Shown here in pieces: positions 28,939 through 38,832 of a stretch of DNA of 64,000 bases (the stretch's first letter is position 1; each line of letters starts with the position of its first letter). A program made the position numbers and the translations under genes. The notes below the pieces were generated by a model, which saw nothing but the letters and a program-made list of their open reading frames with translations, ran no database searches and was not told where the DNA came from. The DNA lies in NCBI GenBank assembly GCA_050012135.1, contig JBEKHT010000006.1, positions 1,798-65,797 on the forward strand, in the 5' to 3' direction. The stretch is from Anaerolineales bacterium (GTDB taxonomy: Bacteria; Chloroflexota; Anaerolineae; Anaerolineales; RBG-16-64-43).

Positions 28939-30105
28939 TCAGCCGGACCTAATGATTCCTCTTGCCTCGAGTTCCTCCAACTCTTCAGGGCTGGATCCCA
29001 GCTGGCCGAGGAGCTCCCGCGTCTGAGCCCCCAGGGCAGGGGGATCTCCGAGCCGAGGCAAGCCCTCGAGATGCAGGGGAGAACCCAACGCCGCCCTGTT
29101 CTCCCGGGATGGCTCGCCCGGCGGGATCACCAGCCCGCGGGAGACCACCTGAGGATGCGCTGCCATCTGGGGAATTGAGAGGACCGGCTCGAGGCAGGCG
29201 TCCTGCTCGCCCAGGACGCGAAACCACTCCGTTTGCGAGCGGGTAGCGAACAGCTCCGCCACCAAGGGGATCGCCTCGTAGTCAAACTGGCGGCCCAGGA
29301 GCTCGGGGTGACCGCTCGCTTCGCAAAAGGCGGACCAGAAGGGCGGTTCGAGCGCCCCGAGCGCAAGATACCCTCCGTCGGAAGTGCGGTAGACGTTGTA
29401 GCAAGGCAGGCCTCCCGCCAGCGGCATTCGCCCTCGCTCCGGAGCGGGACCACCGCGCAGGTAGCCTGAGGTAGCCATGGGCATCGCCCATGAGACTACC
29501 GCATCCAGCAGGGCGACATCCAGGTACTCTCCTCGTCCCGTGCGCTCGCGCCGCAGGAGTGCGGCCAGAATCGCGATCGCCGCCAGCATTCCTCCAGCCA
29601 GGTCGGCGATTTGGGCGCTGGGTGGAATCGGCGGACCACCCGCCGAGCCGTTGAGCCCGAGCAAGCCTCCCGCGGCAATGTAGTTTAGGTCGTGTCCGGC
29701 GCGTTGCGAGTAGGGGCCCTGCTGCCCGTAGCCCGAAAGCGAGCAGTAGATCAACCGCGGGTTCGAAGACCGAAGGTCATCGTAGCCGATTTCCCAATGG
29801 CCCACCCGACCAGGACGAAAGCCTTCCAAGAACACGTCTGCCGTCTGCACCAGTTCGAGAAGAAGCTGACGCCCGCGCGGGTTGCGGTAGTTCAGGGCGA
29901 CACTCTTTTTCCCCCGATTGACCGAGGCAAAGAGCGCGTCCCCTCCAATCTCAGGAGGCAGGTAGCGCGAGTAATCGCCAATGCGGGGTGTCTCGACCTT
30001 GATTACCTCCGCGCCCAAGTGCGCGAGGAGCAAGCTGCAGTACGGCCCCGGCAGCAGCCGAGTGAGATCCAATACGCGGATGTCGCTGAGAGGCGTCTGG
30101 CTCAT
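28939..30105 (-). CDS. CaiB/BaiF family III CoA-transferase
   Basis: LDLTRLLPGP, GAEVIKVE, NRGKKS and GHDLNY. Confidence 0.93.
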   Translation of the reverse strand: MSQTPLSDIRVLDLTRLLPGPYCSLLLAHLGAEVIKVETPRIGDYSRYLPPEIGGDALFASVNRGKKSVALNYRNPRGRQLLLELVQTADVFLEGFRPGRVGHWEIGYDDLRSSNPRLIYCSLSGYGQQGPYSQRAGHDLNYIAAGGLLGLNGSAGGPPIPPSAQIADLAGGMLAAIAILAALLRRERTGRGEYLDVALLDAVVSWAMPMATSGYLRGGPAPERGRMPLAGGLPCYNVYRTSDGGYLALGALEPPFWSAFCEASGHPELLGRQFDYEAIPLVAELFATRSQTEWFRVLGEQDACLEPVLSIPQMAAHPQVVSRGLVIPPGEPSRENRAALGSPLHLEGLPRLGDPPALGAQTRELLGQLGSSPEELEELEARGIIRSG

Positions 30106-30874
30106 TGCTTCCTCCTCCACAATCCTGGCCTTCAGGAGGCATCCTATCACAGCCCCGGGAGGGCTTGCCCGCCGATCGTCTGTACGGGGAGGCTGGGCCC
30201 TCTCACCCTGCCGATGGGAAAATGGGGCCAACCGCGGAGGTCATCCTCAAGTCAACCGGGAGGGCCGCAACGGCGGCCCGGGCGGAACAGGCTGGCCGGC
30301 GGCGTTTTTCCTTGGAAGGCATGCCTTGGGCTCAAACGGGATGGCCTGCGCATGTCGGCCGCGCTCGGGGCGAACAACCGGTGAACCTTCCCCACCCCAA
30401 GCCCGAGGGGGCCTCTGCCCTGAGACGAGAGGCTCGGGATCCCACGCTCGGGGCCTACCTCGAGATCCGTGCCAGCGGGCCAGCCTTTCCGCGAGGGCTT
30501 GCTGCCGCGAAGGCCCGATTGAAGCCCACGTCAAGTTCCGCTGGCCTTGAGGGAATCCGGGTTGATCCAGTAGACTCCACGGTTGGTGCGAAGGGACAAT
30601 CCCCCGGCGGGCAACCCGCTCCCGCGGACAGCGGGGATTCCGGATCAGCCAAGCTCCCCCAGACCATCCCAGGGCAGTAGCCGGCCAGGACGAGGAGCAA
30701 CGGGTGGGGGCAGAGGGTTGGTCCCGATCTCCGGGGCATCCGGGATCTTGAGACGATAATTGCTCGGAATCCCATGGGCTGCCAGCCGTGCCGCCGCAGG
30801 AAAGATCCGAAGCGCGACGGTCACAAGGGCGGGGGATCCATTCTCGGGCCACAGGCGCCCTGCCTGGGAGGACC

Positions 30875-33856
30875 ATGGCTACGCTCCATCTTGTCTCTCA
30901 CACACATTGGGATCGAGAATGGTACCTGACCTTCCAGCAGTTTCGGCTCAAGTTGGTCCACCTTGTGGATGGGCTGCTGGATCTCTTTCAGAAGGACCCG
31001 GACTACCGCTATTTCATGCTGGATGGACAGACGATTACGCTTGAGGATTACCTGCAGGTTCGGCCGGAGCGCCGGGGCGAACTCACGGATCTCATTCGCA
31101 GCGGTCGCCTCTTGACCGGCCCATGGTATGTCCTGCCCGATGAGTTCTTGGTGAGCCCGGAGGCGATCGTCCGCAACCTGTTGGAGGGGGAGCGTACGGC
31201 TCGGGCCCTGGGGCCCAAGATGGAAGTTGGTTACCTGCCCGATACCTTTGGCCATATTGGTCAGATGCCTCAGATCCTGCTCGGATTCGGAGTCCGCACG
31301 GCCTGCGTGCAAAGGGGGCTGGCGGACGAACCCTGTGAACTCTGGTGGGAGGCAGCGGGAGGGGCCCGGGTCTTCACTGCCTACTTGCGGGACGGCTACG
31401 GGAATGGCGCCGCCTTGTCCCTGGATGACCCCGAGCGCTTTGAGGCGGAGGTCCACGACCTGCAGGATTCATTGCAGCCTCATTCCGCCGGGTCGCATCT
31501 CCTGCTCATGTTGGGAACCGACCACATGGAACCCCCCCCGCATACTTCGGAGGCCGTGGCCTCGTTTCGTTCAAGGCGGAGCGGGGAAGTCTTGGTTCAC
31601 TCCTGCTTGCCCAGTTACCTCGCCGCTATCCAGGGCGACCTCGCTCGTCGGGGAGTGCAAATCCCAATCGTGAGAGGCGAACTCCGCGAGTCAAAGCGCC
31701 ATCACCTGCTTCCCGGCGTCCTGTCGGCGCGGATATGGATCAAGCAACGAAACGAGACCTGCCAGATGCTGCTCGAGAAGTGGGCAGAACCCTGGAGCGC
31801 CTGCGCCCAATGGGCCGCGGCCTGCCTCCCTGCCCCGGGACCGGGGCTGGTCCGGCCCGCCCAGGTTCTGCACGAGGCCTGGCGCCTTCTGCTGGAGTGT
31901 CAGCCTCATGACTCCATCTGCGGCACTTCGATTGACCAGGTTCATCGAGAAATGAAACCCCGCTTCGATCAAGTGGAACAAATCGCTGAGGAGCTGGCAA
32001 GGCAGAGCCTGCAAGAGATTGCTGGGTGGGTCGACACGGCGAACCCCCCCAGGCTGGACCCCCGCGCCGCGAACCCGGCGAGCGCTGTCGTCGTCTTCAA
32101 CCCAACCTCCGGCTCGGGCACCGGGGAGATCCAAGTGGAGATCATCCGACCGGAGGGACTTGGGCCGTTCGACCTGGTCGACCCAGAGGGTCAGCCGGTC
32201 CCCTTTCAAGGGGCCGAGGGGTCGGATCGGGCACTCATTGCCATGACCCTGGACCGGGAGGGATTGCGCAATGCCCTCCGCATGATTCCCGATGGTCGGA
32301 TTGGTCCGATGGTGCTGCGCCGTGTCCGTTTCGAAGAGAGGGGGGCTGAGCTTCACGTCAAGGCGACTTTGGAGGAAACGGGGCAGCCCGACCTCACGGC
32401 TTGGCGCGAGGGTCAGCGCAGGCTCACTGAATATCTGCAGCGACAGGACCTCAGAACCTTTGTGGTCGAAGCTCGATCTGCCTCTGCCACCCGGGTGACC
32501 TTCCTGGCCGAGGGGGTTCCCGGATTTGGGTACAAGGCGTTTTGGGTGCAGCCGAAACAGGAAGATAGACCGCGGCCTCATTCCGGTCCCGCTCGTCCGC
32601 TAATCGGGATGGCCTTGCCTGCAATGCAACGGCTTCTTCGGATTCCTGGGGTCGGACGGATCCTCTCCGCCTCCCGCGGGCCGGTCCCTTCGAGAACCAG
32701 GTCGCAGAAGCCACCCTTCCGCGTGGAGAATGAATACCTGCGGGTCGAAGCCTCCACTCGAGACGGAACTTTCACCGTGACAGACAAGCGGATCGGGGTG
32801 GAGTACGGGGGCCTGAACCGTTTCGTGGATGGCGGCGACTGCGGCGATCTGTACGACTATTGCCCTCCGCCCCGTGACCTTCAGTGCGCCCGGAGCCGGT
32901 TCAAGTCCGCGTGGGTGGAGCGAGGAGCCGTAACCCAAACGGTCCACTTATCGCTGGATCTGTCCGTCCCGATCTCCCTGAGGGAAGACCGGAGCGGGCG
33001 CAGTCGCAAGATGACTTCCCTGGGAATCGAGGTGGAAGCGAAGTTGACCCGCGGTGTCCGCCGGGTGGATTTTCAGATCGAGGTGAACAATACCGCCTGC
33101 GATCATCGCCTCCGGGTCCACTTCCCTGCGCCTCTGAAGGCCCAGAGCGTGTTCTGCGACGGTCACTTCGAGGTCGTGGAACGCCCCCTGGAGCTGGTGC
33201 CCAGCGATGAGTCTTGGGTGGAGCCCCCCCGGCCCGAGAAGCCGCAACGAGCTTGGACGGACATCAGCAACGGTGGCTTTGGACTCCTGCTCGCCAATCG
33301 GGGTCTCCCGGAAATCGAAGCGCGGCCTGGCCGAGACGGCAATACGGAGCTCGCGCTGACCCTGCTTCGTTGTGTCGGCTGGATGTCGCGTGACGACTTG
33401 AGCACCCGCAAGGGGCAGGCGGGTCCGAGTCTCGCCGTCCCTGAGGCCCAGCTATTGGGTCCCCACGGATTCGAGTATTCGCTTATTCCCCATGAGGGAT
33501 CTTGGCAGGCAGCATTTCCGGAGGCCGGTGCCTTTGCGGCCGGCTTGCGGGCTACCTGCACTCCCATTCACCCCGGATCCCTGCCGTGCACGGCCAGCCT
33601 CATCCAGGTGGACGACCCTGCCTTCGTGGTGAGCGCCATCAAGCCCCCCGCGCAGGGCGAAGGCCTGGTGATCCGTGGATACAATATCGGCACGACGCCT
33701 CGCCTCGTTCGCCTCTCCTTGGGGTTCGCCTTCCACCACTGCTGGCGGAGCCGCTTGGACGAGAGCCGGGTTCAAGAGCTGGCGAAAGCCACGGATCGTT
33801 CGGTGGCTTTCGAAGCGGCCTCGCACGAGATTGTGACCTTGATCTTCAGCGACTAG
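30875..33856 (+). CDS. Glycoside hydrolase family 38 (alpha-mannosidase-like)
   Basis: HTHWDREWY, LDGQ, GPWY, PDTFGH and HDSICG motifs. Confidence 0.93.
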   Translation: MATLHLVSHTHWDREWYLTFQQFRLKLVHLVDGLLDLFQKDPDYRYFMLDGQTITLEDYLQVRPERRGELTDLIRSGRLLTGPWYVLPDEFLVSPEAIVRNLLEGERTARALGPKMEVGYLPDTFGHIGQMPQILLGFGVRTACVQRGLADEPCELWWEAAGGARVFTAYLRDGYGNGAALSLDDPERFEAEVHDLQDSLQPHSAGSHLLLMLGTDHMEPPPHTSEAVASFRSRRSGEVLVHSCLPSYLAAIQGDLARRGVQIPIVRGELRESKRHHLLPGVLSARIWIKQRNETCQMLLEKWAEPWSACAQWAAACLPAPGPGLVRPAQVLHEAWRLLLECQPHDSICGTSIDQVHREMKPRFDQVEQIAEELARQSLQEIAGWVDTANPPRLDPRAANPASAVVVFNPTSGSGTGEIQVEIIRPEGLGPFDLVDPEGQPVPFQGAEGSDRALIAMTLDREGLRNALRMIPDGRIGPMVLRRVRFEERGAELHVKATLEETGQPDLTAWREGQRRLTEYLQRQDLRTFVVEARSASATRVTFLAEGVPGFGYKAFWVQPKQEDRPRPHSGPARPLIGMALPAMQRLLRIPGVGRILSASRGPVPSRTRSQKPPFRVENEYLRVEASTRDGTFTVTDKRIGVEYGGLNRFVDGGDCGDLYDYCPPPRDLQCARSRFKSAWVERGAVTQTVHLSLDLSVPISLREDRSGRSRKMTSLGIEVEAKLTRGVRRVDFQIEVNNTACDHRLRVHFPAPLKAQSVFCDGHFEVVERPLELVPSDESWVEPPRPEKPQRAWTDISNGGFGLLLANRGLPEIEARPGRDGNTELALTLLRCVGWMSRDDLSTRKGQAGPSLAVPEAQLLGPHGFEYSLIPHEGSWQAAFPEAGAFAAGLRATCTPIHPGSLPCTASLIQVDDPAFVVSAIKPPAQGEGLVIRGYNIGTTPRLVRLSLGFAFHHCWRSRLDESRVQELAKATDRSVAFEAASHEIVTLIFSD

Positions 33857-33901
33857 CTCGTCCGCGGGACCCGTGCCCCAAAGCCCCCGCGGGGTTTCGA
33901 C

Positions 33902-35458
33902 CTACCCATTGAGGATACTGTCCGGGAGGAAAACGCGGATTGCGGCCTCTCCGTTGACGGGGCACTTGTATTCGCAAATTCCACAGCCGATGCAGCGGTC
34001 GCGCAGGACTTGGGGTCTCTGGATGACGGCGGTAGTCCCGTCGGCGCGGGTCACCTCCGCCGTCTCGAGCACCACGGCCTTGTCCGGAATGGGGCACATT
34101 TCCTGACAGACGATGCAGTCCATTCCGTCCGCCCAGGCGATGCATCGATTCTGGTCAATGTAGGCCGAGCCGATCACCGCGGCTCGCTTTTCGTCGAGCG
34201 AAAGGGCAGGGATCGCCTGGACGGGACAGGCCTGGCCACAAGCGTTGCAGGAGTAGTCGCAAAACCCCAGACGGGGGATGAGGACCGGGGTCCAGAATCC
34301 ATCCAGCCCGGCTTGGGCGAGGGCGGGGTGGATCGCGCCGGTCGGACAGGTGCGCGAGCAGATCGCGCAACGAATGCAGCGCTCGAGAAGGGTCGCTTCA
34401 TCCACGCCGGGAGGTCGGATGCGGTGAGCCGCAGGTGGCCTCGTCACGGACTCGGCATTCAGCAGGCTCACCCAGGCCACCGCTGCCCCCAGGCTGAGGA
34501 GCACCTCTCTTCGCTTTGGGTCGTACCCTTGCCATGGACTGATCGACAGGTCGGGTGTGAACTGGATTCCGGAACGAGGGCACGCGGCAAGGCATTCCAA
34601 GCACATGGTGCATTCGGAGGGATCGCTGCTAAAGTTGCGCTGGGGGTCGATCGTGCCCGTCGGGCAGACCCGGGCGCAAGCCGCGCACTGGTTGCACTCG
34701 CCGCTCACCGTGCGCCGCACCAGGGACACCTTTGCCAGAAGCCCGAGCAATCCGCCCAGCGGACAAAGGTAGCGGCACCAGAAGCGATGAGCGACGGTGT
34801 TGAGGCCGACAATGGCAGCGAACACTCCGGCGAAAAGAAGCACATCCGCCGCCGCTGTCGGTGTGACCGGAAGAATCACAGGCCGGACCAGGCTGTCCAA
34901 GGCCGAGAGGGGCGCTTGAAAGAAGGGCAGCGGATAGAGAGCGGCCTCCAGCCCCGTGACAAGGCGGTCCAGAGCGGGCCAGATCGCGGTCGAGATCGTT
35001 CGGATCAGAATCGTGAGCGGGTCCAGAAAGGCGAGGGTTAGATTCCCGAGCAGGGCCGCCAGCAGAAGGGCCACCAGGAGAAGGTACTTGACGAGCCGCC
35101 ACCGCTCCGCCGGCCCTTCACTGCGATGAGCCAGCGCGCGAAACGTGAAGAAATCGAGAACCGTTCCCATTGGGCAGAGCCACCCGCACCAGGCTCGTCC
35201 CACCAGCAAGGTCAGCAGCACTGTCGCAAGGCACAGCAAAAGGCCCGGCACCAAGAGCCGCCCGGCCAAGGAGGTCAGCAAAGAGGTGAGGGGATCCAGA
35301 CGAATGGGGAGGTTGGCGATTTCCGGAGAGAGCAGGCCGCGTTTGGCCCCTACGATCAGGACCAGGAAGGCGAGGAAGACCGCGGCCTGAACGGCCTGCC
35401 GGAGGAGGAGCCAGTGGCGCGGTTTCCAGCGGCCCGGAGCGACCCGGCTAGGCGCCAA
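33902..35458 (-). CDS. Membrane polyferredoxin (NapH/MauN-like fused to NapG/MauM-like)
   Basis: TM domain with GRAWCGWLCPMG and RFWCRYLCPLG, several CxxCxxCxxxCP motifs, and IRPPG at the start of the second domain. Confidence 0.85.
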   Translation of the reverse strand: MAPSRVAPGRWKPRHWLLLRQAVQAAVFLAFLVLIVGAKRGLLSPEIANLPIRLDPLTSLLTSLAGRLLVPGLLLCLATVLLTLLVGRAWCGWLCPMGTVLDFFTFRALAHRSEGPAERWRLVKYLLLVALLLAALLGNLTLAFLDPLTILIRTISTAIWPALDRLVTGLEAALYPLPFFQAPLSALDSLVRPVILPVTPTAAADVLLFAGVFAAIVGLNTVAHRFWCRYLCPLGGLLGLLAKVSLVRRTVSGECNQCAACARVCPTGTIDPQRNFSSDPSECTMCLECLAACPRSGIQFTPDLSISPWQGYDPKRREVLLSLGAAVAWVSLLNAESVTRPPAAHRIRPPGVDEATLLERCIRCAICSRTCPTGAIHPALAQAGLDGFWTPVLIPRLGFCDYSCNACGQACPVQAIPALSLDEKRAAVIGSAYIDQNRCIAWADGMDCIVCQEMCPIPDKAVVLETAEVTRADGTTAVIQRPQVLRDRCIGCGICEYKCPVNGEAAIRVFLPDSILNG

Positions 35459-36494
35459 CCGAGATCTCCTCGATCCTCAGGCTCGCCAGGTCGCTGCGAC
35501 CCAGCCCCATGGCTTCGGCGGCGTCAATCCCTTCGTAGGCCCGAACATGGGCCAAGGCCTCCGCGGGCAGACCAAACAGGTTCGCTGCGTAGGTGTCTGC
35601 CGCCACGATGTCGGCGCTCATGATTACGGTGTTCAATTCGCGCACATCCGCGAGGTCTCCCCCCGTCGGCCCGTGCTTGACCAGGATTCTCACCGCATCG
35701 ATCACGGTGAGCGAGGGGCGGAGATGGCTGGCAAGGTCGGCCAGCTTTTGGCCCAGGTTGAAATGCATCACGGGTCGATTCAATATGGCTCCCATCAGAT
35801 TCTTCATGCCCAAAGTCAGGCCGGCCAGGTCGTGCTCTTTGGCGATGGGTACATTGATCAGCACGTCGGCTTTCAGGATGTCGTCAAAGATCTGGCAGGA
35901 GTGCAGGTCTTTGGCGGCGGGCAGATCGACCTGGACGAACTTGTAGGCGGGCATGTATTCCATCTCGCCTCCGGCCGCCTTCACTTGGTCTAGGATTCCG
36001 CTCGTGGGATAGGCCGTTAAAGCGTCGCTGGCAAAGGGGAAGTCCATGACTCGAACCCGCGAAGCGCCTGCGGCAAGGCACTGTCGGACGAGCTCCCCGA
36101 CCACCCACGGGTTGGTGGTGGCGGCGTACTCGTAGGTATGTGCCACGCAAATGTTGGGCTTGATGATTACGTTCGCGCCGGGACGGACGAAGCGACCGAC
36201 CCCTCCGAGCGCGGAGAGCGCCCGCTGCACCATCGCCTCCGGCGTGCCGCCTCGGGCAACGACAAGGTCGGGCAGGGGAACGGAGGTGGCGGTCGCTGGA
36301 ACCGGAGAAGGGACTGGGGAGGGAGTGACGCCGGCCAGGCTGGCCAAGGAGGCGGTAGGTGCTGGGCCAACGGCCGTGGGTGAAGGCGAGGGGGTGACCG
36401 CCTCTAGGGCGCTGCCCATTCTCGAGCAGGCGGCGCTGCCGACCCCGAGTGCCAGGAGGCGCAGAAAAGTTCGACGTGGTATTGATGTGGGCAT
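35448..36494 (-). CDS. DUF362-domain protein with Tat/lipoprotein-like signal
   Basis: RRTFL twin-arginine signal ending GSAAC, Pro/Thr linker, IKPN, TNP, INVPIAKEH and LGMKNLMG. Confidence 0.85.
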   Translation of the reverse strand: MPTSIPRRTFLRLLALGVGSAACSRMGSALEAVTPSPSPTAVGPAPTASLASLAGVTPSPVPSPVPATATSVPLPDLVVARGGTPEAMVQRALSALGGVGRFVRPGANVIIKPNICVAHTYEYAATTNPWVVGELVRQCLAAGASRVRVMDFPFASDALTAYPTSGILDQVKAAGGEMEYMPAYKFVQVDLPAAKDLHSCQIFDDILKADVLINVPIAKEHDLAGLTLGMKNLMGAILNRPVMHFNLGQKLADLASHLRPSLTVIDAVRILVKHGPTGGDLADVRELNTVIMSADIVAADTYAANLFGLPAEALAHVRAYEGIDAAEAMGLGRSDLASLRIEEISVGA

Positions 36495-36922
36495 CCTTGC
36501 CTCCAATCTCTCGCCCGCCCAGGTCAGGCCTCGCCCAACGAGCCCGATGGGCTGATTATCCGGGGAAAGGTGCTGGCGAACAAGTTGCGAATCTCACCTT
36601 CGGATGAGGAGGATGCTCGGCCAGTGCCGCCCAGGGAAAGAGCTGCTGCTGAGTTTCGAGTCTCTCGAGGCGGGCAGGAGGATCCTGGCAGGGTCCCGTT
36701 TCCTTGTTTCTTGCGACTCCAGCGGGTTTCCTGGTGGGATTTCCTGGGGGCAAAAGATCTTGGCAAGGGGTATGCAAGGTGGTCTTCTCGCGGGGTGCGG
36801 AATCTTCGGAGGCCAATAATTGCAGTGGGAGTACTGTTTCCCTGCGTCCCTGCAAATTGTAATGACCCATGGGACCAGCATTGTATAATGCGGAGTGCCT
36901 GCTCTGGCAGGCAGGCTTTGCC

Positions 36923-37825
36923 ATGCCAAGCATCCTCCAGCGCCTTTTCCCCAGACGATCGCAGAAGAAGTCCGCGGATCCTGTGCGCCCGACGGCCGAG
37001 GCGGTGACCATCCGCATTCCCTCAGCCACCATCGCGTGGCCGGGCGTTTCCGGGCAGGCCAAGACCGCAGAGGGAATGCTGCGCGAGGAGACAGGGCCGG
37101 ATTCGTCTGCCTCCGACTCCCTCCGGGGGGAGGACCCCATGCCCATTTCCGCATCGTCCCAGATCCCGCTGGGCAAGTCTGGCGAACGCGCAGAGCCCAC
37201 GATCCTCTCCAGCCGGAGCGCAGCTCTCGCCGGAGCACGCGACTATCTGGAGAAGGTCCAGATCAAGATCAACAAGCTGGCGGAGGAATTCGCTTCGGGT
37301 TCCGTGAATCGATTGCAGTTTCAAGAACTCTACGCTCACTACCAGCAGGAGAAACAGGCCGTCGAAACCTGGATGGAGAATACAGCGGGTTCCGAGGACT
37401 GGCATGCGGCGGCCTTGGAAGGCAAGAGCATTCTCATCCGACGGCAGCATACCGCGCGTGTCTTGGGCTACGCCATCTACGAGAATGAGACGGGAATGCC
37501 CTTGCGAACCATCGGGAAATTCGAGATTGATCCAGAAATGGTTGTCCCCATGCTCTCTTCCTATCGCTCCGCCACGAAAGAAATATTCGGAGCGGGGATG
37601 CGTTCCACCCTCATTGAGGGCGGACAGTGGCTTTGCTTCGTGACCGGCGACTTCACCACGCTCATGGCCCTCTTCAGCAACGAACCTGCCGGGAAGCAGC
37701 TCCAGACACTCGAGGAGATCCATCGGCTGTTTGAGAGAGCCAATCGCTACCTTCTCCATCGACAGCCGGTGGATGCGGAAGCGCTCGTCCTTCCACACAT
37801 GTTCTACCTCGACGCGCCGCACTAG
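36923..37825 (+). CDS. Uncharacterised protein with a helical hairpin and a putative C-terminal longin-like domain; GTPase partner
   Basis: 300-aa ORF ending 20 nt before the GTPase gene; TATAAT upstream; the C-terminal ~120 aa read as beta-beta-alpha-beta-beta-beta-alpha-alpha (by eye). Confidence 0.75.
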   Translation: MPSILQRLFPRRSQKKSADPVRPTAEAVTIRIPSATIAWPGVSGQAKTAEGMLREETGPDSSASDSLRGEDPMPISASSQIPLGKSGERAEPTILSSRSAALAGARDYLEKVQIKINKLAEEFASGSVNRLQFQELYAHYQQEKQAVETWMENTAGSEDWHAAALEGKSILIRRQHTARVLGYAIYENETGMPLRTIGKFEIDPEMVVPMLSSYRSATKEIFGAGMRSTLIEGGQWLCFVTGDFTTLMALFSNEPAGKQLQTLEEIHRLFERANRYLLHRQPVDAEALVLPHMFYLDAPH

Positions 37826-37845
37826 GCCGGAATCCCGGGGCGCAG

Positions 37846-38391
37846 ATGACATCCCCTCGAGCCCTGAAGGTGGTGTTCGCAGGAGATGGCGAGGTTGGCA
37901 AGACCTCGCTCATTCGGCGATACTGCGATGGCAAATTCGAGATCTCGCGAATTGAAACCATCGGAGTAGATTTTCAAAGCAAGATGGTGATGCTCGCGAG
38001 CGGACCTGTGAAACTCTCCATTTGGGACATGGCAGGGCAAGAAAGGTTCCAAATCGTCCGGTCCGGACTCTATCGAGGCAGCCGCTGCACCGCGCTGGTC
38101 TTTGATGCGACCAAGCCGGAGACCCTGGCCAACCTGAGGCGTTGGAGGGATGAGATTCTTGCGGTTGTCCCCGGCCAGAGATTCGCGGTGGTTGCCAACA
38201 AGGTAGATCTTTTGCCCAGAAATGGACGTGGGCCGCAATCCTCCTGGGATGGCCCGCCAAAGATCCCGCAGGCCCTCGACTATGCGGAATCCATGGATGC
38301 CGACTACCTGGAGACCAGCGCGCTGACGGGTGAGGGAGTGCCGAAGCTTTTTGAGACCATGGCGCGTCTGGCTCGCGGGACTCTCGGCTGA
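37846..38391 (+). CDS. Rab-like small GTPase (Ras superfamily)
   Basis: G1 GDGEVGKTS, G2 TIGVDF, G3 WDMAGQE, G4 NKVD and G5 ETSAL; 181 aa, stand-alone. Confidence 0.93.
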   Translation: MTSPRALKVVFAGDGEVGKTSLIRRYCDGKFEISRIETIGVDFQSKMVMLASGPVKLSIWDMAGQERFQIVRSGLYRGSRCTALVFDATKPETLANLRRWRDEILAVVPGQRFAVVANKVDLLPRNGRGPQSSWDGPPKIPQALDYAESMDADYLETSALTGEGVPKLFETMARLARGTLG

Positions 38392-38832
38392 ACCCACAAG
38401 TGCTTGTCTCGTAACCCCAACCGGACCGCCCTGCCCAGAAGGCCCCGCCTCGCCAAGCCGCACGTCGGCCTGGGACCGGATGCTTCTCGAGCCGCGCCGC
38501 GGCAGGAGGTCATTCAGACGGCTTCGAGGTAGTCCGGCCGGAGCTGACCGGGCGCTTGCCGCGCTGAGGGGTCGCCGATTGACCGGGACCCACAGCCCTC
38601 CTATAATGTCGGGCGCCTCACACGAAATGTAATACCCTTCCTGAAGAAAAGGTCGGGCCGGGATCCTCTGGTCCCCCGGTTCTGCCAGGTTCGAGACGCG
38701 TGGGCACGATCCCGATGGATCCAACCCCTCAACAGTGCCGGGAGACCGGGCCGCGAGCGGGGGACCTGAGATCCTCTGGCCTGCTCGTAGGCTCAGCCCG
38801 GATGCTGCCGGGCTGAGCTGTGTCAGTGGTGG

